Shown here one piece after another: positions 39,384 through 54,798 of a stretch of DNA of 64,000 nucleotides. A program made the position numbers and the translations under genes. How positions within the stretch are numbered: position 1 is the first letter of the stretch; each line of letters starts with the position of its first letter. The stretch is taken from NCBI RefSeq assembly GCF_044647545.1, contig NZ_CP172818.1; one strand, written 5' to 3'. The notes below the pieces were generated by a model that worked only from the letters and a program-made list of their open reading frames with translations, did no database searches and had not been told where the DNA came from. This stretch comes from Escherichia coli (GTDB lineage Bacteria > Pseudomonadota > Gammaproteobacteria > Enterobacterales > Enterobacteriaceae).

Positions 39384-40118
39384 ATGAATTTTGAAGGAAA
39401 AATCGCACTGGTAACCGGTGCAAGCCGCGGAATTGGCCGTGCAATTGCTGAAACGCTCGCAGCCCGTGGCGCGAAAGTTATTGGCACTGCGACCAGTGAA
39501 AATGGCGCTCAGGCGATCAGTGATTATTTAGGTGCCAACGGCAAAGGTATGATGTTGAATGTGACCGACCCGGCATCTATCGAATCTGTTCTGGAAAAAA
39601 TTCGCGCAGAATTTGGTGAAGTGGATATCCTGGTCAATAATGCCGGTATCACTCGTGATAACCTGTTAATGCGAATGAAAGATGAAGAGTGGAACGATAT
39701 TATCGAAACTAACCTTTCATCTGTTTTCCGTCTGTCAAAAGCGGTAATGCGCGCTATGATGAAAAAGCGTCATGGTCGTATTATCACTATCGGTTCTGTG
39801 GTTGGTACCATGGGAAATGGCGGTCAGGCCAACTACGCTGCGGCGAAAGCGGGCTTGATCGGCTTCAGTAAATCACTGGCGCGCGAAGTTGCGTCACGCG
39901 GTATTACTGTAAACGTTGTTGCTCCGGGCTTTATTGAAACGGACATGACACGTGCGCTGAGCGATGACCAGCGTGCGGGTATCCTGGCGCAGGTTCCTGC
40001 GGGTCGCCTCGGCGGCGCACAGGAAATCGCCAACGCGGTTGCATTCCTGGCATCCGACGAAGCAGCTTACATCACGGGTGAAACTTTGCATGTGAACGGC
40101 GGGATGTACATGGTCTGA
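39384..40118 (+). CDS. fabG: 3-oxoacyl-ACP reductase FabG
   Basis: 244 aa SDR; TGASRGIG cofactor motif. Confidence 0.97.
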   Translation: MNFEGKIALVTGASRGIGRAIAETLAARGAKVIGTATSENGAQAISDYLGANGKGMMLNVTDPASIESVLEKIRAEFGEVDILVNNAGITRDNLLMRMKDEEWNDIIETNLSSVFRLSKAVMRAMMKKRHGRIITIGSVVGTMGNGGQANYAAAKAGLIGFSKSLAREVASRGITVNVVAPGFIETDMTRALSDDQRAGILAQVPAGRLGGAQEIANAVAFLASDEAAYITGETLHVNGGMYMV

Positions 40119-40328
40119 CCGCGATTTGCACAAAATGCTCATGTTGCGCGCAGTCTGCGTGGTTATGAGTAATAATTAGTGCAAAATGATTTGCGTTATT
40201 GGGGGGTAAGGCCTCAAAATAACGTAAAATCGTGGTAAGACCTGCCGGGATTTAGTTGCAAATTTTTCAACATTTTATACACTACGAAAACCATCGCGAA
40301 AGCGAGTTTTGATAGGAAATTTAAGAGT

Positions 40329-40565
40329 ATGAGCACTATCGAAGAACGCGTTAAGAAAATTATCGGCGAACAGCTGGGCGTTAAGCAGGAAGAAGTTACC
40401 AACAATGCTTCTTTCGTTGAAGACCTGGGCGCGGATTCTCTTGACACCGTTGAGCTGGTAATGGCTCTGGAAGAAGAGTTTGATACTGAGATTCCGGACG
40501 AAGAAGCTGAGAAAATCACCACCGTTCAGGCTGCCATTGATTACATCAACGGCCACCAGGCGTAA
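40329..40565 (+). CDS. acpP: Acyl carrier protein AcpP
   Basis: 78 aa; phosphopantetheine attachment motif DLGADSLD. Confidence 0.98.
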
Positions 40566-40622
40566 GTGAACATCTCCAGGCGGTCGTTCGACCGCCTGAG
40601 TTTTATCTTTTTGTCCCACTAG

Positions 40623-41894
<1,272 letters not shown>

Positions 41895-41918
41895 GTTGTC
41901 ATTTCCCACCCTTATAAA

Positions 41919-41943
41919 AGGTCCGCTTGCGGGCCTTTTTTCT
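41919..41943 (+). terminator. Rho-independent terminator after fabF
   Basis: Hairpin ggtccgc-ttgc-gggcc followed by T6. Confidence 0.7.
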
Positions 41944-42013
41944 TAGCTTTTATTCCGACTTGTTCCGTAGTGAACATGCTGCCACACTAACAATTCTCTG
42001 ATAAGGAGCCGGT

Positions 42014-42823
42014 ATGTTCTTAATTAACGGTCATAAGCAGGAATCGCTGGCAGTAAGCGATCGGGCAACGCAGTTTGGTGATGGTTGTTTTACCACCGCC
42101 AGAGTTATCGACGGTAAAGTCAGTTTGTTATCGGCGCATATCCAGCGACTACAGGATGCTTGTCAGCGGTTGATGATTTCCTGTGACTTCTGGCCTCAGC
42201 TTGAACTAGAGATGAAAACGCTGGCAGCAGAACAGCAAAATGGTGTGCTGAAAGTGGTGATCAGTCGCGGTAGTGGCGGGCGAGGATACAGCACATTGAA
42301 CAGCGGACCGGCAACGCGGATTCTCTCCGTTACGGTTTATCCCGCACATTACGACCGTTTGCGTAACGAGGGGATGACGTTGGCGCTAAGCCCGGTGCGG
42401 CTGGGGCGCAATCCTCATCTTGCAGGTATTAAACATCTTAATCGGCTTGAGCAAGTATTGATCCGCTCTCATCTTGAGCAGACAAACGCTGATGAGGCGC
42501 TGGTCCTTGACAGCGAAGGGTGGGTTACGGAATGCTGTGCGGCTAATTTGTTCTGGCGGAAGGGCAACGTAGTTTATACGCCGCGACTGGATCAGGCAGG
42601 TGTTAACGGCATTATGCGACAATTCTGTATCCGTTTACTGGCACAATCCTCTTATCAGCTTGTCGAAGTGCAAGCCTCGCTGGAGGAGGCGTTGCAGGCA
42701 GATGAGATGGTTATTTGTAATGCGTTAATGCCAGTGATGCCCGTACGTGCCTGTGGCGATGTCTCCTTTTCGTCAGCAACGTTATATGAATATTTAGCCC
42801 CACTTTGTGAGCGCCCGAATTAG
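42014..42823 (+). CDS. pabC: Aminodeoxychorismate lyase PabC
   Basis: 269 aa. Confidence 0.95.
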   Translation: MFLINGHKQESLAVSDRATQFGDGCFTTARVIDGKVSLLSAHIQRLQDACQRLMISCDFWPQLELEMKTLAAEQQNGVLKVVISRGSGGRGYSTLNSGPATRILSVTVYPAHYDRLRNEGMTLALSPVRLGRNPHLAGIKHLNRLEQVLIRSHLEQTNADEALVLDSEGWVTECCAANLFWRKGNVVYTPRLDQAGVNGIMRQFCIRLLAQSSYQLVEVQASLEEALQADEMVICNALMPVMPVRACGDVSFSSATLYEYLAPLCERPN

Positions 42824-42825
42824 TC

Positions 42826-43848
42826 ATGAAAAAAGTGTTATTGATTATCTTGTTATTGCTGGTGGTACTGGGTATCGCCGCTGGTGTGGGCGTCTGGAAG
42901 GTTCGCCATCTTGCCGACAGCAAATTGCTTATCAAAGAAGAGACGATATTTACCCTGAAGCCAGGGACCGGACGTCTGGCGCTAGGTGAACAGCTTTATG
43001 CCGATAAGATCATCAATCGCCCACGGGTTTTTCAATGGCTGCTGCGTATCGAACCGGATCTTTCTCACTTTAAAGCCGGGACTTACCGCTTTACACCGCA
43101 GATGACCGTGCGCGAGATGCTGAAATTGCTGGAAAGCGGTAAAGAAGCACAGTTCCCTCTGCGACTGGTAGAAGGGATGCGTCTGAGCGATTACCTCAAG
43201 CAATTGCGTGAGGCCCCGTATATCAAGCATACGCTGAGCGACGATAAGTACGCCACCGTAGCGCAGGCACTTGAACTGGAAAACCCAGAGTGGATTGAAG
43301 GTTGGTTCTGGCCAGACACCTGGATGTATACCGCCAATACCACCGATGTCGCGTTACTCAAGCGAGCGCACAAGAAAATGGTGAAAGCGGTCGATAGCGC
43401 CTGGGAAGGGCGTGCGGACGGTCTGCCCTATAAAGATAAAAACCAGCTGGTGACGATGGCATCAATTATCGAAAAAGAAACCGCCGTTGCCAGTGAACGC
43501 GATCAGGTTGCCTCGGTATTTATCAACCGGTTACGCATTGGTATGCGCCTGCAGACCGACCCGACCGTGATTTACGGGATGGGAGAGCGTTATAATGGCA
43601 AACTTTCTCGTGCAGACCTGGAAACGCCGACAGCGTATAACACCTATACCATTACCGGTTTGCCGCCAGGTGCAATAGCTACGCCGGGGGCGGATTCGCT
43701 GAAGGCTGCTGCGCATCCGGCAAAAACGCCGTATCTCTATTTTGTGGCCGATGGTAAAGGTGGTCACACGTTTAATACCAATCTTGCCAGTCATAACAAG
43801 TCTGTGCAGGATTATCTGAAAGTGCTTAAGGAAAAAAATGCGCAGTAA
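42826..43848 (+). CDS. mltG: Endolytic murein transglycosylase MltG (YceG)
   Basis: 340 aa, single N-terminal TM helix; start 3 nt after pabC stop. Confidence 0.95.
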
Positions 43849-44479
43849 GTATATCGTCATTGAGGGGCTGGAAGGCGCAGGCAAAACTACCGCGCGTAAC
43901 GTGGTGGTTGAGACGCTCGAGCAACTGGGTATCCGCGACATGGTTTTCACTCGGGAACCTGGCGGTACGCAACTTGCCGAAAAGTTAAGAAGCCTGGTGC
44001 TGGATATCAAATCGGTAGGCGATGAAGTCATTACCGATAAAGCCGAAGTTCTGATGTTTTATGCCGCGCGCGTTCAACTGGTAGAAACGGTCATCAAACC
44101 AGCGCTGGCTAACGGCACTTGGGTGATTGGCGATCGCCACGATCTCTCCACTCAGGCGTATCAGGGCGGCGGACGTGGTATTGACCAACATATGCTGGCA
44201 ACATTGCGTGATGCTGTTCTCGGGGATTTTCGCCCCGACTTAACGCTCTATCTCGATGTTACCCCGGAAGTTGGCTTAAAACGTGCGCGTGCTCGCGGCG
44301 AGCTGGATCGTATTGAGCAAGAGTCTTTCGATTTCTTTAATCGCACCCGCGCCCGCTATCTGGAACTGGCAGCACAAGATAAAAGCATTCATACCATTGA
44401 TGCCACCCAGCCGCTGGAGTCCGTGATGGATGCAATCCGCACTACCGTGACCAATTGGGTGAAGGAGTTGGACGCATGA
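43838..44479 (+). CDS. tmk: Thymidylate kinase Tmk
   Basis: 213 aa; P-loop GLEGAGKTT; overlaps mltG 3' end by 11 nt. Confidence 0.96.
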
Positions 44480-45480
44480 GATGGTATCCATGGTTACGAC
44501 CTGATTTCGAAAAACTGGTAGCCAGCTATCAGGCCGGAAGAGGTCACCATGCGCTACTCATTCAGGCGTTACCGGGTATGGGCGAGGATGCTTTAATCTA
44601 CGCCCTGAGCCGTTATTTACTCTGCCAACAACCGCAGGGCCACAAAAGTTGCGGTCACTGTCGTGGATGTCAGTTGATGCAGGCTGGTACGCATCCCGAT
44701 TATTACACCCTGGCTCCCGAGAAAGGGAAAAATGCGCTGGGCATTGATGCGGTACGTGAAGTCACCGAAAAGTTAAATGAGCACGCACGTTTAGGTGGTG
44801 CGAAAGTTGTCTGGGTAACCGATGCTGCCTTACTGACCGACGCCGCGGCTAACGCATTGCTGAAAACGCTTGAAGAGCCACCAGCAGAAACCTGGTTTTT
44901 CCTGGCTACCCGCGAGCCTGAACGTTTACTGGCAACATTACGTAGTCGTTGTCGGTTACATTACCTTGCGCCGCCGCCGGAACAGTACGCCGTGACCTGG
45001 CTTTCACGCGAAGTGACAATGTCACAGGATGCATTACTTGCCGCATTGCGCTTAAGCGCCGGTTCGCCTGGCGCGGCACTGGCGTTGTTTCAGGGAGATA
45101 ACTGGCAGGCTCGTGAAACATTGTGTCAGGCGTTGGCATATAGCGTGCCATCGGGCGACTGGTATTCGCTGCTAGCGGCCCTTAATCATGAACAAGCTCC
45201 GGCGCGTTTACACTGGCTGGCAACGTTGCTGATGGATGCGCTAAAACGCCATCATGGCGCTGCGCAGGTGACCAATGTTGATGTGCCGGGCCTGGTCGTC
45301 GAACTGGCAAACCATCTATCTCCCTCGCGCCTGCAGGCTATACTGGGGGATGTTTGCCACATTCGTGAACAGTTAATGTCTGTCACAGGTATTAACCGCG
45401 AGCTTCTCATCACCGATCTTTTACTGCGTATTGAGCATTACCTGCAACCGGGCGTTGTGCTACCGGTTCCTCATCTTTAA
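44476..45480 (+). CDS. holB: DNA polymerase III delta-prime subunit HolB
   Basis: Track ORF trimmed to ATG 44476 ([14 protein letters not shown]); 334 aa; ATGA overlap with tmk stop. Confidence 0.95.
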
Positions 45481-45490
45481 GAGAGACATC

Positions 45491-46288
45491 ATGTTTTTAG
45501 TCGACTCACACTGCCATCTCGATGGTCTGGATTATGAATCTTTGCATAAGGACGTGGATGACGTTCTGGCGAAAGCCGCCGCACGCGATGTGAAATTTTG
45601 TCTGGCAGTCGCCACAACATTACCTGGTTATTTACACATGCGGGATCTGGTAGGCGAACGCGACAACGTCGTATTTTCTTGTGGCGTGCATCCACTCAAC
45701 CAGAATGATCCCTACGATGTAGAAGATTTACGTCGTCTGGCGGCAGAAGAGGGCGTTGTAGCGCTGGGTGAAACCGGGCTGGATTATTATTACACGCCTG
45801 AAACTAAAGTACGTCAGCAAGAGTCCTTCATCCATCATATCCAGATTGGTCGTGAACTGAACAAGCCGGTTATCGTCCACACCCGTGACGCCCGCGCCGA
45901 TACGCTGGCAATTCTGCGCGAAGAAAAAGTGACGGATTGCGGTGGCGTACTACACTGTTTTACAGAGGACAGAGAAACGGCGGGTAAATTACTGGATCTC
46001 GGATTTTACATCTCCTTTTCCGGCATTGTGACCTTCCGTAATGCGGAGCAACTGCGCGATGCTGCGCGTTATGTCCCCCTGGATCGGTTACTGGTGGAAA
46101 CTGACTCACCTTACCTTGCGCCGGTACCGCATCGAGGAAAAGAGAATCAACCTGCGATGGTTCGTGACGTTGCAGAATACATGGCTGTGTTGAAAGGTGT
46201 TGCCGTTGAAGAACTGGCGCAGGTAACCACCGATAACTTCGCCCGTCTGTTTCACATCGACGCTTCCCGCCTTCAATCCATCCGTTGA
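45491..46288 (+). CDS. ycfH: TatD-family metal-dependent deoxyribonuclease YcfH
   Basis: Track ORF trimmed to ATG 45491 ([11 protein letters not shown]); 265 aa. Confidence 0.94.
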
Positions 46289-46462
46289 ATGAGTTTTTTT
46301 AAAGCTCGTAATTAATGGCTAAAACGAGTAAAGTTCACCGCCGAAAATTGGGCGGTGAATAACCACGTTTGAAATATTGTGACATATGTTTTGTCAAAAT
46401 GTGCAACTTCTCCAATGATCTGAAGTTGAAACGTGATAGCCGTCAAACAAATCGGCACTGAA

Positions 46463-46488
46463 TTATTTTACTCTGTGTAATAAATAAA
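46463..46488 (+). promoter_or_regulatory. Mlc operator in the ptsG promoter
   Basis: Palindromic TTATTTTACTCTGTGTAATAAATAAA about 95 nt upstream of ptsG start; matches the Mlc box as I recall it. Confidence 0.7.
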
Positions 46489-46582
46489 GGGCGCTTAGAT
46501 GCCCTGTACACGGCGAGGCTCTCCCCCCTTGCCACGCGTGAGAACGTAAAAAAAGCACCCATACTCAGGAGCACTCTCAATT

Positions 46583-48016
46583 ATGTTTAAGAATGCATTT
46601 GCTAACCTGCAAAAGGTCGGTAAATCGCTGATGCTGCCGGTATCCGTACTGCCTATCGCAGGTATTCTGCTGGGCGTCGGTTCCGCGAATTTCAGCTGGC
46701 TGCCCGCCGTTGTATCGCATGTTATGGCAGAAGCAGGCGGTTCCGTCTTTGCAAACATGCCACTGATTTTTGCGATCGGTGTCGCCCTCGGCTTTACCAA
46801 TAACGATGGCGTATCCGCGCTGGCCGCAGTTGTTGCCTATGGCATCATGGTTAAAACCATGGCCGTGGTTGCGCCACTGGTACTGCATTTACCTGCTGAA
46901 GAAATCGCCTCTAAACACCTGGCGGATACTGGCGTACTCGGAGGGATTATCTCCGGTGCGATTGCAGCGTATATGTTTAACCGTTTCTACCGTATTAAGC
47001 TGCCTGAGTATCTTGGCTTCTTTGCCGGTAAACGCTTTGTGCCGATCATTTCTGGCCTGGCTGCCATCTTTACTGGCGTTGTGCTGTCCTTCATTTGGCC
47101 GCCGATTGGTTCTGCAATCCAGACCTTCTCTCAGTGGGCTGCTTACCAGAACCCGGTAGTTGCGTTTGGCATTTACGGTTTCATCGAACGTTGCCTGGTA
47201 CCGTTTGGTCTGCACCACATCTGGAACGTACCTTTCCAGATGCAAATTGGTGAATACACTAACGCAGCAGGTCAGGTTTTCCACGGCGACATTCCGCGTT
47301 ATATGGCGGGTGACCCGACTGCGGGTAAACTGTCTGGTGGCTTCCTGTTCAAAATGTACGGTCTGCCAGCTGCCGCAATTGCTATCTGGCACTCTGCTAA
47401 ACCAGAAAACCGCGCGAAAGTGGGCGGTATTATGATCTCCGCGGCGCTGACCTCGTTCCTGACCGGTATCACCGAGCCGATCGAGTTCTCCTTCATGTTC
47501 GTTGCGCCGATCCTGTACATCATCCACGCGATTCTGGCAGGCCTGGCATTCCCAATCTGTATTCTTTTGGGGATGCGTGACGGTACGTCGTTCTCGCACG
47601 GTCTGATCGACTTCATCGTTCTGTCTGGTAACAGCAGCAAACTGTGGCTGTTCCCGATCGTCGGTATCGGTTATGCGATTGTTTACTACACCATCTTCCG
47701 CGTGCTGATTAAAGCACTGGATCTGAAAACGCCGGGTCGTGAAGATGCGACTGAAGATGCAAAAGCGACAGGTACCAGCGAAATGGCACCGGCTCTGGTT
47801 GCTGCATTTGGTGGTAAAGAAAACATTACTAACCTCGACGCATGTATTACCCGTCTGCGCGTCAGCGTTGCTGATGTGTCTAAAGTGGATCAGGCTGGCC
47901 TGAAGAAACTGGGCGCAGCGGGCGTAGTGGTTGCTGGTTCTGGTGTTCAGGCGATTTTCGGTACTAAATCCGATAACCTGAAAACCGAGATGGATGAGTA
48001 CATCCGTAACCACTAA
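46583..48016 (+). CDS. ptsG: PTS glucose-specific EIICB component PtsG
   Basis: 477 aa; EIIB phosphorylation motif [10 protein letters not shown] near C-terminus. Confidence 0.97.
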
Positions 48017-48038
48017 TCCGTAAGACGTTGGGGAGACT

Positions 48039-48064
48039 AAGGCAGCCAGATGGCTGCCTTTTTT
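48039..48064 (+). terminator. Rho-independent terminator after ptsG (convergent with fhuE)
   Basis: Hairpin aaggcagcca-ga-tggctgcctt followed by T6. Confidence 0.8.
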
Positions 48065-48075
48065 ACAGGTGTTAT

Positions 48076-50265
48076 TCAGAATTGATACGTGCCGGTAATG
48101 CTGAAATTACGCGGTGCGCCGTAGACGATAGAACCTTCCACGTTGGTATCGTAGGTTTTGTCGAACAGGTTATTGACGTTCCCCTGTAACGAGAAGTTTT
48201 TCGTCACCTGGTAGCGGGTGAAGAGATCCACCAGCGCGTAGCTACCTTGCTCGGCGCGGAAGGTGCCATACGGTGTCACGGTGTCGGTATACACGCGATT
48301 TTGCCAGTTAACACCACCGCCGACCGTCAACTCTGGCATGACAGGCAACCGATAGCTGGTGAACATTTTAACCGTGGAGCGTGGCAGATTAGGATTAACG
48401 GCGTTTCCTTCGTTATCTTCTGCAATATAGCGTGTTGCGCCAAACGTCAGCTGCCAGTTGTCGGTAATTGCGCCGTTGAGTTCAAATTCCACACCTTTAC
48501 TGACTGTCCCATCCACCGCTTTATAGGCGGTTTCGCCGTTGCTGCCGGGGATAGGTGTACCGGTGGACTGAGCTACATTATCCTGCTCAATACGGAAGAT
48601 GGCTAACGTGGTGGTCAGACGGCTATTCATCCAGTCCGATTTCAGACCCAGCTCGTAGTTGTTACCGGTGATTGGAGCCAGATATTTGCCTGAACTGTCA
48701 CGATCATTTTGCGGCTGGAAAATAGAGGTATAGCTGGCGTAGGTCGACCAGTTGTCATTGATGTCAAACACCAGACCAGCATAAGGCGTGGTGTGGTTTT
48801 TCTCCATGCTGTAAGTCAGCGTATCAACCCGCCAGTTGGTATAACGAGCGCCGAGGATCAGATGCAGCGGATCGGCAAGGGTGACACGAGTGGCAGCATA
48901 TAACGATTTCATATGTGTGGTATCGTCCTGCGCCAGGCTCTGTGGTGACCAGTCGGTTTGTGGGAAATTGCCATTAAAGTTGTAGAAACTGCCAATTTCA
49001 TCCGGGAAGATGTTGGCCCATGAACTGATGTAACGATTGTTTTGTTTGCTGTAACTGCCACCAAACATTAGATTGTGCTGACGACCAAACAATTCATAAC
49101 TACCGTCAGCAAACAAATCCAGCGCATCAACTTTACGTTTGCCGCTGTTCCAACCGGTGCCGCCGACATAATCAAAACCAGGTCCATAATTACTGTATGG
49201 CCCAACCAGCATACCATCCGCTTTGTTTACATAGGCATCGACATACATCATTTTACTGTCAAATTCGACTTCGGAGTGGGTGGCATTCAGTGTCGCTTGC
49301 CAGGTATCAGCAAACCGCTGCTTGAGGGTCATAAAGACCTTGTTGATCTCTTTATCGTTATACGCCCAGTCAGGTGCGGTACTGCGTGCGCGATCGTAAC
49401 TGTTGCTGCTGCCATCAGTATTCCAGCGCGGTAAACCGCCCCAGGTTGGGCTATTAACATCAATGCGCTGATATTCGTAACCGGCTGAAAGCATCGTAAG
49501 ATCGCCTAAATCAGCATCGACAATGCCGGAGAAGAAGGTCTTTTCACTGTTGTAGCGGTCCAGCCATGAGTCGTTATTCTGGTAGCCGCCGACAATTCGT
49601 GCGCGGATTTTACCATCTTCGGTGAGTGGGCTTTGTAAATCCGCCACATACCGTTCTTTGTTCCAGCTACCGTATTCCGCCGAGACATCGCCTTTAAATT
49701 CACGACTGGTCGCGTGTTTTCGAACCATATTAATTGCCGCAGATGGATTACCCGTCCCGGTCATGAGGCCTGTCGCGCCACGCACTACTTCTACGCGTTC
49801 AAACAGTGCCATATCAGAAAGTGCGTCGCCCAGATTCCAGCGCGATTCAAAATAGGTGGGGATACCATCAACCATATAGTTATCGATCTGGAATCCGCGG
49901 GAATAATAAAGAGCACGATCGGAATCCGCCTGACTTTTGCTGATCCCCAGCGTGTTTTCCATCACTTCGCCCAGCGTTTGTAACTGCTGATCTTCCATCC
50001 GCTGCTGGCTAACAATAGTGACCGACTGAGGAATATCACGTTGAGTCATCTGCATTTTTGTACCCGCAGAGGTAGACGTTACGTTGTAATCATTTTCGCC
50101 ATCATCTGGGGCTGTGGCTGAACCCTCAACAATCACCGTTTCTTCAGTGACTGGTGCAGCAAAAGCGGCGGAAGGTAATAGTGCCAGTGCTATGCAACCG
50201 GCAAGGAGTGACGGTTTGATGATAGCTTGATGTTGATTATCCCTGTTAAATTGTGTCGAAAGCAT
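48076..50265 (-). CDS. fhuE: TonB-dependent ferric coprogen/rhodotorulic acid receptor FhuE
   Basis: 729 aa; signal peptide, TonB box, terminal aromatic (..TYQF). Confidence 0.96.
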   Translation of the reverse strand: MLSTQFNRDNQHQAIIKPSLLAGCIALALLPSAAFAAPVTEETVIVEGSATAPDDGENDYNVTSTSAGTKMQMTQRDIPQSVTIVSQQRMEDQQLQTLGEVMENTLGISKSQADSDRALYYSRGFQIDNYMVDGIPTYFESRWNLGDALSDMALFERVEVVRGATGLMTGTGNPSAAINMVRKHATSREFKGDVSAEYGSWNKERYVADLQSPLTEDGKIRARIVGGYQNNDSWLDRYNSEKTFFSGIVDADLGDLTMLSAGYEYQRIDVNSPTWGGLPRWNTDGSSNSYDRARSTAPDWAYNDKEINKVFMTLKQRFADTWQATLNATHSEVEFDSKMMYVDAYVNKADGMLVGPYSNYGPGFDYVGGTGWNSGKRKVDALDLFADGSYELFGRQHNLMFGGSYSKQNNRYISSWANIFPDEIGSFYNFNGNFPQTDWSPQSLAQDDTTHMKSLYAATRVTLADPLHLILGARYTNWRVDTLTYSMEKNHTTPYAGLVFDINDNWSTYASYTSIFQPQNDRDSSGKYLAPITGNNYELGLKSDWMNSRLTTTLAIFRIEQDNVAQSTGTPIPGSNGETAYKAVDGTVSKGVEFELNGAITDNWQLTFGATRYIAEDNEGNAVNPNLPRSTVKMFTSYRLPVMPELTVGGGVNWQNRVYTDTVTPYGTFRAEQGSYALVDLFTRYQVTKNFSLQGNVNNLFDKTYDTNVEGSIVYGAPRNFSITGTYQF

Positions 50266-50339
50266 TTGAAATCTCTTGGTTTATGTTGGCGTCAGGCTCA
50301 TGCCGGAGCAGGGTGATGAGCGGTTATATTTAGTGTGCG

Positions 50340-50390
50340 AATAATTTTGTATGTAAATGCAAATGAGAAATATACGCATTCATATTTAGT
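50340..50390 (-). promoter_or_regulatory. Putative Fur-regulated promoter region of fhuE
   Basis: AT-rich stretch upstream of fhuE with several ATGNAA-type hexamers; no clean 19-bp Fur box consensus; inferred from the known iron regulation of fhuE. Confidence 0.3.
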
Positions 50391-50598
50391 GTGTAAACCA
50401 AACAGAGAATGTCTTTTCAGCGCATTCGCAGGCAGAAATGGGAATAATGGCGATATATACGGCAGCAAAACGATTTTTTGCTTAAGAAATCGTGAGTTAA
50501 GGTTGAAAGAGCAGGTTTAACTCGACCATACTCTATACTCGCAGTGTGGCGCGGCGTAGCATGGCGCAACGCATGGCTATTTGAAAAAGGAAAATGTC

Positions 50599-50958
50599 GT
50601 GGCAGAAGAAACTATATTCAGCAAAATTATTCGTCGTGAGATCCCCTCCGATATCGTCTACCAGGATGATCTGGTAACGGCGTTTCGCGATATTTCGCCG
50701 CAAGCGCCAACGCATATTCTGATCATTCCGAATATCCTCATTCCGACTGTGAACGACGTGTCTGCTGAGCATGAGCAGGCGCTGGGACGCATGATCACCG
50801 TAGCGGCAAAAATTGCTGAGCAAGAAGGTATTGCCGAAGATGGCTATCGTCTGATCATGAACACCAACCGCCACGGCGGACAAGAGGTTTACCACATCCA
50901 TATGCACTTGTTGGGTGGCCGTCCGCTGGGACCAATGCTGGCGCATAAAGGTCTGTAA
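50599..50958 (+). CDS. hinT: HIT-family purine nucleoside phosphoramidase HinT
   Basis: GTG start 50599 after AAGGAAAA; 119 aa; HIT motif HIHMHLLGG. Confidence 0.92.
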   Translation: MAEETIFSKIIRREIPSDIVYQDDLVTAFRDISPQAPTHILIIPNILIPTVNDVSAEHEQALGRMITVAAKIAEQEGIAEDGYRLIMNTNRHGGQEVYHIHMHLLGGRPLGPMLAHKGL

Positions 50959-50960
50959 CG

Positions 50961-51338
50961 ATGAGAAAAGGATGCTTTGGGCTGGTGTCTCTGGCGTTGT
51001 TAGTGCTGGTGGGCTGTCGTACACATCCGGAAATTCCGGTGAATGATGAGCAATCGCTGGTGATGGAGTCATCTTTATTGGCTGCGGGCATCAGTGCAGA
51101 AAAGCCCGTCCTTTCGACGTCTGATATTCAACCTTCAGCATCCTCAACGCTTTATAACGAAAGGCAAGAACCCGTTACCGTTCATTATCGTTTTTACTGG
51201 TATGACGCCAGAGGGCTGGAGATGCATCCTCTGGAAAGGCCACGCAGCGTTACCATTCCCGCACATTCGGCGGTCACGCTGTACGGCAGCGCCAATTTTC
51301 TGGGGGCGCACAAAGTCAGACTTTATCTATATTTGTAA
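50961..51338 (+). CDS. ycfL: Lipoprotein YcfL
   Basis: 125 aa; lipobox LVGC. Confidence 0.92.
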   Translation: MRKGCFGLVSLALLVLVGCRTHPEIPVNDEQSLVMESSLLAAGISAEKPVLSTSDIQPSASSTLYNERQEPVTVHYRFYWYDARGLEMHPLERPRSVTIPAHSAVTLYGSANFLGAHKVRLYLYL

Positions 51339-51351
51339 GGGGTGAATCTTG

Positions 51352-51973
51352 ATGACAAAAATGAGTCGCTACGCCTTGATTACCGCGCTGGCGATGTTTC
51401 TCGCCGGGTGTGTGGGGCAACGTGAACCTGCGCCGGTAGAAGAAGTGAAACCAGCGCCGGAACAACCAGCCGAGCCGCAACAGCCTGTCCCCACAGTGCC
51501 ATCGGTGCCGACGATACCGCAGCAGCCAGGCCCAATTGAGCACGAAGATCAAACTGCACCGCCTGCGCCGCATATTCGCCATTATGACTGGAATGGCGCA
51601 ATGCAGCCGATGGTCAGTAAGATGCTTGGGGCTGATGGCGTGACTGCGGGTAGCGTCCTGCTGGTTGATAGCGTTAACAACCGTACTAACGGTTCGCTGA
51701 ATGCCGCAGAAGCGACCGAAACGCTGCGAAATGCGCTGGCTAATAACGGTAAATTTACCCTGGTTTCCGCCCAGCAGCTGTCGATGGCGAAGCAACAGTT
51801 AGGTTTGTCGCCGCAGGACAGTTTAGGTACCCGTAGTAAAGCCATAGGCATTGCCCGCAATGTCGGCGCTCATTACGTGCTGTACTCCAGCGCCTCTGGC
51901 AACGTTAACGCTCCGACCCTACAAATGCAGCTGATGCTGGTGCAGACGGGCGAAATTATCTGGTCAGGTAAAG

Positions 51974-51993
<20 letters not shown>
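51352..51993 (+). CDS. lpoB: PBP1b activator lipoprotein LpoB (YcfM)
   Basis: ATG 51352 ([20 protein letters not shown]); 213 aa; Pro-rich linker. Confidence 0.93.
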
Positions 51994-53834
<1,841 letters not shown>

Positions 53835-53856
53835 CCCTGGCTTATGTGAGGAAGCG

Positions 53857-54399
53857 ATGATTATCTATTTGCACGGTTTTGACTCTAACAGTCCGGGTAA
53901 CCACGAGAAAGTCTTACAATTGCAGTTTATTGACCCGGATGTACGGCTAATAAGCTACAGTACGCGGCATCCGAAACATGATATGCAGCATCTGCTCAAA
54001 GAAGTGGACAAAATGTTGCAACTGAACGTCGACGAGCGTCCGCTGATTTGCGGCGTTGGTCTGGGCGGATACTGGGCGGAACGGATTGGTTTTCTTTGCG
54101 ATATCCGCCAGGTGATCTTCAACCCTAATTTGTTCCCTTATGAGAACATGGAAGGCAAGATTGATCGCCCGGAAGAGTATGCCGATATTGCCACTAAGTG
54201 TGTGACCAACTTCCGCGAAAAGAATCGCGATCGTTGCCTGGTGATTTTGTCGCGTAATGATGAAGCGCTTAACAGCCAGCGGACATCTGAAGAGTTGCAT
54301 CATTATTACGAGATTGTCTGGGACGAAGAGCAGACGCACAAATTCAAGAATATCTCCCCGCATTTACAGCGCATTAAAGCGTTCAAAACCCTCGGGTAA
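53857..54399 (+). CDS. ycfP: UPF0227 esterase-like protein YcfP
   Basis: Track ORF trimmed to ATG 53857 ([13 protein letters not shown]); 180 aa. Confidence 0.92.
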
Positions 54400-54401
54400 A
54401 T

Positions 54402-54530
54402 GCCCTCGTCGCATCAGGTAACCTTGCCGGTACCTGATGCGCTCCGGATTCTGTGGGTCGGAAAAGGCGTTCACGCCGCATCCGACAGTCGAGCATCAAT
54501 GCCTGATGCGCTTCTTATCAGGACTACCAA
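54402..54530. repeat. REP/BIME cluster downstream of ycfP
   Basis: Several gcatcaggt / cctgatgcg and ggcgttcacgccgcatcc palindromic units. Confidence 0.7.
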
Positions 54531-54798
54531 ACGCCCTCCATACACACCTCACTCTATATCATTCTCACAAATCAGCTCAAATAATAAACAACAAACTCTG
54601 TTTTTTGATCTCACCCGGTAAAGTCGCCTATCTTTTCAGCAACAAAACTTGATTAACATCAATTTTGGTATGACCAATGCACCATTCATGTTATTCTCAT
54701 TAGCGAAGAACATTTTCATTGCTGTAACCTGTTGTTAATTAAGAGCTATGCCAATAACCATTAATTAACAATTGGTTAATAAATTTAAGGGGGTCACG

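Noticed and set aside
46889-48013. 374-aa ORF on the minus strand
   Set aside because: Fully antisense to ptsG, which is unambiguous; no RBS and a non-protein-like composition.
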